A DNA stretch of 64,000 nt from an uncultured Rhodospirillaceae bacterium. GTDB lineage: Bacteria > Pseudomonadota > Alphaproteobacteria > Rhodospirillales > UBA2165. Below the pieces are notes generated by a model, which was given only the letters and a program-made list of their open reading frames with translations, was not told the origin of the DNA and did not search any database. The position numbers and the translations under genes were made by a program. Shown here in pieces: positions 48,030 through 55,586 of this stretch (the stretch's first letter is position 1; the number at the start of each line of letters is the position of its first letter). The stretch lies in contig CAZNLR010000010.1 in assembly GCA_964574215.1 (NCBI GenBank), forward strand, positions 9,954-73,953, given 5' to 3'.

Positions 48030-50231
48030 GTGTATCAATTCACTAGGACTTTGTTTTATCCGATTCTGATATTGGCGGCGGTGATGCTGCCGGCCTGTAT
48101 GGGCTCGGGTTCCTTTGGCACCGCAGCATATGGCGCTGAGAAAATTCAGGGAGCCGACCAAGAAAAATACGCAAAATTTTTTCCTCACTTATTTCCCAAG
48201 GCGACTTATTTCGGCGGAATCTCCGGTTCGCCTCCTTCGGTGCCGGTCTTTAACGATCAATCACTAATCGGCTATGTATTTTTCTCTCGGCAAGTATCCG
48301 CTTCTGTCGGTTATTCGGGGAAACCGTTGAATGTCTTGGTCGGGCTTGATTTAGAAGGAACCATTACCGGCGTCAGGATCGTCGAGCATCATGAACCAAT
48401 TTTGGCCATCGGGATTACGGACAAGGATCTAAAAGAATTTACGCGGCAATATGTCGGGCTTAATGTCCGCAATCCCGTGCGCATCACCCGAAACCGGGAA
48501 GGAGACCAGGATGACAATACGCTGGATGCGGTCAGCGGCGCTTCAATTTCTTCTATCGTACTGAATGACGCCATAATTCGTTCGGCCAGAGCGGTGGCTC
48601 GTAGCCGCGGTCTATTGGGTAAGGCCGGCCAGCTTTTAGATTTCGATCAGTATTCCCCAGCCAGTTGGCAGGAACTGCTCGAAGAAGGTTCAATTGTCGA
48701 GCGTCATTTGACCATCAAACAGGCCGCGTCAATATTAGCTTCGAAGAAGGCAAGATTGTTCCCAGGCGGAGGCGGGCCGACCAACCTAATGTCATCTTTT
48801 ATTGACCTATCCTTTGGCTTGGCGACGCCGGCTCGGGTCGGACGTAACCTTATCGGCAGACACAGCATCAATGAAATTGTGGCGGGGTTATCGAATGGCG
48901 ACCAGTTATTGTTCCTTGCCGCCAATGGCTACTATTCTTTTCGTGGGCGGGCGTTTCGAAAAATCGGTTATTTCGACCGCATCAGTGTCGTTCAGGGAGA
49001 GCAGAGTTTTCGGCTAACTAAGAATGACTATGTGAGAATTGATCAGTTGCAGGTGGCCGGTGCTCCGGAATTTCGTGAAATTGCGATATTTAAAATTAGA
49101 AAATCAAGCGGTTTTAAAGCAAGCGAACCCTGGCGCCTGGACCTAACCATTGGCGGTGAAAAAGCGAACGGGGAAAAGGCCTTCTCCACCATATCTACAC
49201 TATATAAATTGCCAAAACGCTATTTTCGCAAGCTTGATCCATCGATCAGCATGGACGAACGCATTTGGCTTCAGGTTTGGGAAGAACGATTTGTCGAAAT
49301 CGTTGTCCTGGTTCTCGCTTTAACGGCGCTTACCGGATTTTTCTTTTTTCAGGACTGGGGCGCGCAGCGCCAGCGACTCTATGACATTACCCGCCTCTTT
49401 TTCCTGGTCTTCACGGTGATTGGCCTGGGCTGGTATACGGATGCCCAATTGTCGGTCATTAACGTTCTTACATTTATGCAATCATTATTGACCGAATTTC
49501 GCTGGGATTTCTTCCTGCTGGAACCGCTCATATTTATATTGTGGGGCGGAACGGCATTGTCTTTATTATTCTGGGGGCGGGGCGCTTTTTGCGGCTGGCT
49601 TTGTCCCTTTGGCGCTATGCAGGAATTGTTGGCCAAGTTTGCCCAATTCGTCCGCCTTCCCCAGCTTTCCTTACCCTGGGGCGTTCACGAAAGGCTTTGG
49701 CCTCTCAAATACATTGTTTTTGTCGGCCTGTTCGCCCTGTTCCTTGGTGACGAAGATTTGGCGTTGATGGGTACCGAGATAGAGCCCTTCAAAACAGCCA
49801 TCGTCATGGGATTTGACCGGGCTTGGCCATTTGTACTATATGCCGCAGTTTTGCTCGGTGTCGGCCTTTTTATTAACCGGTTTTTTTGCCGCTACATTTG
49901 TCCCCTCGGCGCTGCCCTAGCGATACCGGCGCGCGTTCGAATGTTCGAGTGGTTGAAAAGGCGTTGGCAGTGCGGCCTGCAGTGTCATATCTGTGCCGAC
50001 AAATGTCCCATTCAGGCCATTCATCCCGACGGACATATTAATCCCAACGAATGTATTTACTGCCTCAATTGTCAGGTTATTTATCATGACGATTCGGTGT
50101 GCCCGCCCCTCGTCGAGAAGCGCAAACGAAACGAAATGCGTCTCGACAAAAGTTTAGTAAAAAGGTTTGAAAAAGCCGAGCAGAAGGGAGAACAGGCGGA
50201 TTCGGTGGAAAGGTCCGAAAATCGTGAATAA
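48030..50231 (+). CDS. nirI: NirI/NosR-family membrane FMN/FeS protein
   Basis: 733 aa. It has a periplasmic FMN-bind motif (LDAVSGASISS), TM helices with CGWLCPFG / CRYICPLG motifs, and C-terminal ferredoxin-type CxxCxxCxxxCP motifs. It is divergent from nirS, as nirI is in Paracoccus. The GTG start at 48030 is uncertain. Confidence 0.85.
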   Translation: MYQFTRTLFYPILILAAVMLPACMGSGSFGTAAYGAEKIQGADQEKYAKFFPHLFPKATYFGGISGSPPSVPVFNDQSLIGYVFFSRQVSASVGYSGKPLNVLVGLDLEGTITGVRIVEHHEPILAIGITDKDLKEFTRQYVGLNVRNPVRITRNREGDQDDNTLDAVSGASISSIVLNDAIIRSARAVARSRGLLGKAGQLLDFDQYSPASWQELLEEGSIVERHLTIKQAASILASKKARLFPGGGGPTNLMSSFIDLSFGLATPARVGRNLIGRHSINEIVAGLSNGDQLLFLAANGYYSFRGRAFRKIGYFDRISVVQGEQSFRLTKNDYVRIDQLQVAGAPEFREIAIFKIRKSSGFKASEPWRLDLTIGGEKANGEKAFSTISTLYKLPKRYFRKLDPSISMDERIWLQVWEERFVEIVVLVLALTALTGFFFFQDWGAQRQRLYDITRLFFLVFTVIGLGWYTDAQLSVINVLTFMQSLLTEFRWDFFLLEPLIFILWGGTALSLLFWGRGAFCGWLCPFGAMQELLAKFAQFVRLPQLSLPWGVHERLWPLKYIVFVGLFALFLGDEDLALMGTEIEPFKTAIVMGFDRAWPFVLYAAVLLGVGLFINRFFCRYICPLGAALAIPARVRMFEWLKRRWQCGLQCHICADKCPIQAIHPDGHINPNECIYCLNCQVIYHDDSVCPPLVEKRKRNEMRLDKSLVKRFEKAEQKGEQADSVERSENRE

Positions 50232-50364
50232 AACAATGCTTTAATCCCTAAAATATGACGCTTTTTCTGAAATCCTTGCCGAAATCCAGGTAATTTCCCG
50301 GAATCTGGAGTTCGAATACCCGACGAATTTGATCGGATTTTTTTTCGGGGAATCTCAAAGGTCT

Positions 50365-50378
50365 TTGACTTAGGTCAA
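50365..50378. promoter_or_regulatory. FNR/NNR/Dnr-type box upstream of the heme-copper oxidase operon
   Basis: Perfect palindrome TTGAC-TTAG-GTCAA. It shares TCxTTGACTTA with the nirS box and lies 99 nt upstream of the first ATG (50478) of the operon. Confidence 0.65.
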
Positions 50379-50477
50379 GGACAGTCCTTTACCCCCCATG
50401 TTCAGTTGCAGGCTTAATGCGCTGGATCTGACGTCAGATGCCGGGGCTTTGTGGCAATCTAAACGAGGGGGACCATC

Positions 50478-50636
50478 ATGACGCCTTCCGACCAACCAAT
50501 GGATGAGCCGATTCCGTTCATGCAGCGGCTATTGGATAATCATTTCTTACTACTTTTTTTAGGAGTTGCTGTACCCACGGTACTTTATATCGTGTGGGGG
50601 ATCGTTGAGATCACGGCAATTCCCGTAGCTAAATAA
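50478..50636 (+). CDS. 52-aa single-pass membrane peptide (not in ORF track; candidate small oxidase subunit)
   Basis: ATG 50478 is preceded by GAGGGGGA (50465-50472). The product is MTPSDQPMDEPIPFMQRLLDNHFLLLFLGVAVPTVLYIVWGIVEITAIPVAK, ending at TAA 50634-50636. It has one clear TM helix and ends 17 nt before the subunit II start. Confidence 0.55.
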   Translation: MTPSDQPMDEPIPFMQRLLDNHFLLLFLGVAVPTVLYIVWGIVEITAIPVAK

Positions 50637-50653
50637 TAGAAGGGAGACACCAT

Positions 50654-51196
50654 ATGTCTATATTTCCTCCCGAAGAGCGCGTCTGGTGGAACACGCCTGT
50701 AGAGAAAACCGAAGTTCTCTGGGTCACCATCGCCTTCATCTGGGGTTTGATCATGTTCTTCATGATGCCCTATTGGCATTTCACCGGTAACCAGAATATG
50801 TCCAACGAGGCATATCAAATCAGCACTGACAGATATTCCGACCTCACTGAAGCTTTCGCGAAAAAATACAAAGTCCGTGAAGAAGGTGACACCGGCGTTC
50901 CCGTTGTTCGCCCGCCGGCAGGTTCCGACGTTTACCTGTTAGGTCGTCTTTGGGAGTGGTGGCCAATCCTCGAGCTTGAGAAAGGCAAAAGCTACCGCCT
51001 GCATCTTTCCTCGATGGATTACCAGCACGGCTTCTCCTTACAGCCGGAAAACATCAATATTCAGGTTCACCCCGGTTATGAATCGGTAATGACCGTAACA
51101 CCCACGACATCGGGTGAATTCGGCCTTATCTGTAACGAATTTTGCGGCATCGGCCATCACACCATGGTCAGCAAAATGTATGTCACCGATAAATAG
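50654..51196 (+). CDS. Heme-copper oxidase subunit II, CuA cupredoxin (ba3-like short form)
   Basis: 180 aa with one N-terminal TM helix. The complete CuA site is YQHGF ... CNEFCGIGHHTM. It aligns closely with my recollection of Thermus ba3 subunit II (ICNQYCGLGHQNM). Confidence 0.85.
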   Translation: MSIFPPEERVWWNTPVEKTEVLWVTIAFIWGLIMFFMMPYWHFTGNQNMSNEAYQISTDRYSDLTEAFAKKYKVREEGDTGVPVVRPPAGSDVYLLGRLWEWWPILELEKGKSYRLHLSSMDYQHGFSLQPENINIQVHPGYESVMTVTPTTSGEFGLICNEFCGIGHHTMVSKMYVTDK

Positions 51197-51209
51197 GAGG
51201 GCATGATAA

Positions 51210-52907
51210 ATGAGTAACGGTAATTTCCGTATCTGCCCGGACACCGGGTTTAAAGTTGATCTTCCCGGCGAAAAGCTGATCAAGATCAATGCTGTAACTG
51301 CTGTCGTCTTCCTTTTGATCGGCGGTCTCTTCGGCGTTCTCGTCGCCTTGACCCGTTGGCCGGAACTTCACATTCTGCCGGCTGACCTGTTCTACCTGGC
51401 GCTGACGGCGCATGGTCTCGATATCCTGCTGGTCTGGATTATCTTCTTCGAAATCGCCTTGTTGTATTTCTGTTCGTCGATTCTGCTGAATGTCAGATTG
51501 GCGATGCCGAAAATCGCCTGGCTGGCTTATTGGCTGATGCTGATTGGCGCTTTGATCACCAACGTCATCGTTTTGATGGGTGATTCGAATGTGATGTTCA
51601 CCTCTTATGTGCCGATGCAGGCCCATCCCGGGTTTTACCTTGGCATCATCATATTCGCCGTCGGCGCCTTGGTTGGTTGCGGTATCTTCTTCGGTACCCT
51701 GGTGATCGCCAAAAAGGAAAAAACCTATGAAGGTTCAGTTCCGCTGGTTACTTTTGGTGCGATAACGGCTGCCATTATTGCCGTATTCACCATCGCCTCC
51801 GGCGCGGTCATCCTGATCCCGACCTTGTTATGGTCGATGGATTTGATCTCCTACATCGATCCCTTGATGTACAAGATCGTCTGGTGGGCCATGGGACACT
51901 CTTCTCAGCAGATCAACGTTTCCGCCCATATCGCCGTATGGTACGCCATTGCCGCGATCCTGTTCGGCGCCAAACCGCTCTCTGAGAAAGTCAGCCGTTT
52001 CGCCTTCCTGATGTACATCCTGTTCCTGCAACTTGCTTCGGCTCACCACCTTCTGGTGGAACCGGCGCTCAGTTCCGAATGGAAAATCGTCAACACCTCC
52101 TACATGCTCTATCTGGCGGTGATGGCTTCCATGATCCACGGTCTGACAGTTCCGGGCGCGATCGAAGCTGCCCAGAGGAAAAAAGGTTACACCAACGGCT
52201 TGTTCGAATGGCTCCGCAAGGCGCCCTGGAGCAATCCGGTGTTCTCCGGCATGTTCCTGTCCTTGATCATGTTTGGCTTCCTCGGTGGTATCACCGGCGT
52301 CATCATGGGCGTCGAGCAGGTTAACATCATCATCCATAATACGCTGTACGTGCCAGGGCACTTCCACGGTACGGTTGCCGCGGGTACCACCTTGGCCTTC
52401 ATGGCGATAACCTACTGGCTGGTGCCGGTCCTCTTCCGGCGCGAGTTGATCCTGCCGGGTTGGGCCAAATGGCAGCCCTACATCTTCGCCATCGGCATCT
52501 CTTTGCTGTCTTTGGCTATGATGGGCGCTGGTACGTTGGGTGTTTCCCGCCGTCACTGGGACATCACCTTCGCCGACGCGGCGATCAAGTTTGATCACCC
52601 GGCCTTGGCGCATCTGATGATGGGTCTCAATGGTGTTGCGGCATTGATCTGCATGGTCGGTGGCTTCATGTTCATTGCCGTGATCGTGGGCTCCCTTCTG
52701 TGGGGTAAACATCGCGGATACGAACCGGCTCCGGAAGCGGCGGCCGAGGCCGAAGCGCCTCCTGCTTCGGCGATGTCGGCCCACGGCGATGCGGGCACCA
52801 TGGAAGTACCAGGGACATTTGTCCTGGCATTGGTCTTCCTGGCGACCTTCGTCCTCTACTACTTCGTGAACTGGAAGTTCTTGGCTTCCACGTGGGGTCT
52901 CAGCTAG
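51210..52907 (+). CDS. Heme-copper oxidase subunit I, B-family-like, lacking the cross-linked Tyr (candidate NO reductase catalytic subunit)
   Basis: 565 aa. The His ligands are retained (LTAHGLD; WWAMGH; SAHHLL; VPGHFHGTV). The helix VI motif reads GHSSQQINVSAH where ba3 has GHPIVYFWLLPAY. Confidence 0.75.
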   Translation: MSNGNFRICPDTGFKVDLPGEKLIKINAVTAVVFLLIGGLFGVLVALTRWPELHILPADLFYLALTAHGLDILLVWIIFFEIALLYFCSSILLNVRLAMPKIAWLAYWLMLIGALITNVIVLMGDSNVMFTSYVPMQAHPGFYLGIIIFAVGALVGCGIFFGTLVIAKKEKTYEGSVPLVTFGAITAAIIAVFTIASGAVILIPTLLWSMDLISYIDPLMYKIVWWAMGHSSQQINVSAHIAVWYAIAAILFGAKPLSEKVSRFAFLMYILFLQLASAHHLLVEPALSSEWKIVNTSYMLYLAVMASMIHGLTVPGAIEAAQRKKGYTNGLFEWLRKAPWSNPVFSGMFLSLIMFGFLGGITGVIMGVEQVNIIIHNTLYVPGHFHGTVAAGTTLAFMAITYWLVPVLFRRELILPGWAKWQPYIFAIGISLLSLAMMGAGTLGVSRRHWDITFADAAIKFDHPALAHLMMGLNGVAALICMVGGFMFIAVIVGSLLWGKHRGYEPAPEAAAEAEAPPASAMSAHGDAGTMEVPGTFVLALVFLATFVLYYFVNWKFLASTWGLS

Positions 52908-52931
52908 AGGGCTTTGCCACATATAATGTTC

Positions 52932-52965
52932 GGGGGCGGACTGAGAAATTTCTCAGTCCGCCCTC
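52932..52965 (+). promoter_or_regulatory. Strong intercistronic hairpin between subunit I and senC
   Basis: Perfect 13-bp stem GGGCGGACTGAGA/TCTCAGTCCGCCC (52934-52946 / 52951-52963) with an AATT loop. It is followed after 5 nt by only TTTT. It could be an attenuating terminator or an mRNA-stabilising element. Confidence 0.5.
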
Positions 52966-53036
52966 AGCATTTTGGGGTAAAATTTCCCTGCTGACTGTAG
53001 GGTTATTTTTGAATTTAAATAAAGTAAAATAGTACG

Positions 53037-53951
53037 ATGTTCAAAATTGAGATACGCAGAATACTGATGTTGGCTGGTTTGGCGCTGGCAGTGGCACCGA
53101 TGCTGGCGGCGCCGGAAAATCTGAGCATCGTTACACCGGCCTTCGGTGATGAAAACGGAAAACGCAAGTTCACCCGCGAATCGTTCCCGGGAGCGTCCAA
53201 GTTCAATCCCGAATCGGCCTACAAGTACAGCCAATCGGCCGTCGGGAAGACCATCGGCAATTACCGGTTCCTCGGTACTGACGGAAAAAGACTGAACCTG
53301 GATCAGTTCAGGGGAGAACCTTTGATCATCAGTATGGTTTATTCCAGCTGTTTCGATATCTGTCCGGCCATTACCATGAATCTGGCTTCCGCCGTCGACA
53401 AGGCGCGGAAAGTTTTGCCTGATAAAAAGTTCAACGTGATATCCATTGGTTTCGACACGTTGCACGATTCGCCCGCGGCCATGAAATTGTTCGCCCGCCA
53501 ATATGACGTCAGCGGCGACAATTGGAAGGTGGTCAGCGGCTCACCCGATGCGGTGGAGCGTTTGGCCGCCGATACCGGCTTCATATATTACAGGTCAGCC
53601 AGAGGATTCGACCATCTGATGCAGACCACCCTGGTGGACGCCGACGGCAAAGTGGACACCCAGATTTACGGCGAAAACTTCGACGCCACCCTTTTGGTTG
53701 AGCCCCTAAAACAACTTTATTTCGGCGGTATTGCCTCGGTGACGAACGTCGAATCCTTTGTCAATCGCGTGCGCCTGTTCTGCACCATCTATGATCCCAA
53801 GACAGACGCTTATAAATTTGATTACTCTTTTTTCATCGGCATGGCGTTAAGCGCTATCGTCCTCTTGCTGATGGGGAATTTTGTCGTCCGCAATGTGTGG
53901 CGGTTGTGGTTTTCCGATCACAAATCCGGCAACGGAACAGCAATGTCTTGA
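53037..53951 (+). CDS. senC: Sco1/SenC-family copper chaperone/thiol-disulfide protein with C-terminal TM extension
   Basis: 304 aa with a signal/anchor, the thioredoxin-fold CxxxCP motif (SSCFDICPAI) and the conserved His context GFDHL. An extra C-terminal TM segment is present (FFIGMALSAIVLLLMGNFVV). Confidence 0.8.
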   Translation: MFKIEIRRILMLAGLALAVAPMLAAPENLSIVTPAFGDENGKRKFTRESFPGASKFNPESAYKYSQSAVGKTIGNYRFLGTDGKRLNLDQFRGEPLIISMVYSSCFDICPAITMNLASAVDKARKVLPDKKFNVISIGFDTLHDSPAAMKLFARQYDVSGDNWKVVSGSPDAVERLAADTGFIYYRSARGFDHLMQTTLVDADGKVDTQIYGENFDATLLVEPLKQLYFGGIASVTNVESFVNRVRLFCTIYDPKTDAYKFDYSFFIGMALSAIVLLLMGNFVVRNVWRLWFSDHKSGNGTAMS

Positions 53952-53981
53952 TCTCCTGAAACTTTAAATTAGAATTGTCTA

Positions 53982-55586
53982 ATGTTAGAAAAAATCCAAA
54001 CTCCGCTGCAGGCGGCACTGTTAATCTTTGAGGGCTGGTTCGACCGCCCGTTAGGTCCCGACTGGAATCCGCTCCGCCATCTGGGCGCTTTGTCCTTCTT
54101 CTTTTTCTGGGTGGTCGTGGTTAGCGGCATTTATGTGTACATCTTTTTTGAAACCAGCGTATCCGGTGCCTACAGCTCTATCGAGCGCATGACCGTCGAT
54201 CACTGGTATTTCAGCGGCGTTATGCGAAGTTTTCACCGTTATGCCTCTGACGCCATGGTGGTGGTCGTTCTGCTGCATATGTTCCGTGAATTTATCATGG
54301 ACCGGTATCGCGGTATCCGCTGGTTTACCTGGGTCAGCGGAATTCCCACCATCTGGCTGCTTTATGCGTCGGGCATCGGCGGCTATTGGCTGGTGTGGGA
54401 CGAATTCGCCCAGTATCTCATCATCGCGTCTTCCGAATGGCTCGACTGGTTGGGTATTTTCGGTGAGCCTCTGGCCAATAATTTCCTGACCCGTGAAGCC
54501 TTCACGGACCGGATGTTTTCGCTGTTGCTGTTTCTCCATATCGCCATTCCGCTGTTCCTGCTGATCGCCAGTTGGATTCACGTCATCAAGATTTCCCGGC
54601 CCCGGATCAATCCGCCCAAAGGATTGGCCATCGGCACCATCGCCATGATGACCGTGTTGTCCTTGATAAAGCCGGCCGTCAGCGATACGCCCGCCGACCT
54701 CAGCATTGTGCCGCAGGAACTCAACCTGGATTGGTTCTATGCCCTGCTTTATCCGTTGTATGACAAGTGGGGCGCAGGGGCGCTGTGGATGATCACGGTC
54801 GGTGTGTCGTCCTTCTTGACCATCCTGCCTTGGTTGCCGCCGCAGAAAATCAATGATTCCGCCGAAGTCGACAATCTGAACTGCAACGGTTGTTCCCGTT
54901 GCTACACGGACTGCCCGTTCGGCGCCGTCACCATGCAGCCGCGAACCGACGGCAGGCCTTATCCGCGTATCGCCGAAGTCAATCCGGATATCTGTACGGC
55001 GTGCGGCATCTGCGTCGGGGCTTGCCCGACGGCGACACCGTTTCGCAGTCAGGATATGCTGGTAACGGGGATCGACCTGCCCAGGTACCGGTTGACGGAA
55101 CTGCGGGAAAGCACGGACAAGTCACTGGCGCAGTTGAAAGAGAAAGTATCCGGCGATAAGCCGCGCATCATTGTCTATGGCTGTGATTTCGGTATCGACG
55201 TTAAGCAGATCGACGCGCCCAACGTGGTGGTCACCAAACTCCCCTGTATCGGTATGCTGCCGCCGTCGTTTGTCGACTACATCCTGATGCGCGGTAAGGC
55301 CGACGGGGTCATGTTGACCGGTTGCCGGGAGGGTGATTGTTTCCACCGCTTCGGCATTCAATGGACGGAGCAGCGGATGGCCGGTGACCGGGATCCTTAC
55401 CTGAGAAAACGGGTGCCGGTTGAACGGGTGCGCACCTGCTGGGGTGCGGTAACAGACTCCAAAAAGCTTCATCAGGAAATAGCCGAGTTCGAGGCGCATT
55501 TGTCGGCGTTGCCGACGATCGAGGTTCTATCTCCTGAAAAACCGCGCAAACCCGTTGCGGACAAACCGAAAGGGGAGGCTGCGTGA
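53982..55586 (+). CDS. Fusion protein: di-heme cytochrome b (bc1/b6 N-terminal type) + 2x[4Fe-4S] ferredoxin + MvhD/FlpD-like domain
   Basis: 534 aa. The four His are in the cyt b pattern (RSFHRY, VLLHMF..GYWLVW, LFLHIA, SWIHVI). The ferredoxin motifs are CNGCSRCYTDCP and CTACGICVGACP. The MvhD-like segment is PRIIVYGCDFG...LPCIGMLPPSFVDYILMRGKADGVMLTGCREGDCFHRFG. Confidence 0.75.
   Translation: MLEKIQTPLQAALLIFEGWFDRPLGPDWNPLRHLGALSFFFFWVVVVSGIYVYIFFETSVSGAYSSIERMTVDHWYFSGVMRSFHRYASDAMVVVVLLHMFREFIMDRYRGIRWFTWVSGIPTIWLLYASGIGGYWLVWDEFAQYLIIASSEWLDWLGIFGEPLANNFLTREAFTDRMFSLLLFLHIAIPLFLLIASWIHVIKISRPRINPPKGLAIGTIAMMTVLSLIKPAVSDTPADLSIVPQELNLDWFYALLYPLYDKWGAGALWMITVGVSSFLTILPWLPPQKINDSAEVDNLNCNGCSRCYTDCPFGAVTMQPRTDGRPYPRIAEVNPDICTACGICVGACPTATPFRSQDMLVTGIDLPRYRLTELRESTDKSLAQLKEKVSGDKPRIIVYGCDFGIDVKQIDAPNVVVTKLPCIGMLPPSFVDYILMRGKADGVMLTGCREGDCFHRFGIQWTEQRMAGDRDPYLRKRVPVERVRTCWGAVTDSKKLHQEIAEFEAHLSALPTIEVLSPEKPRKPVADKPKGEAA

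Noticed and set aside
51828-52922. 364-aa minus-strand ORF inside oxidase subunit I
   Set aside because: It is antisense to a CDS with all six conserved heme/Cu histidine ligands. It is highly charged, low-complexity sequence.
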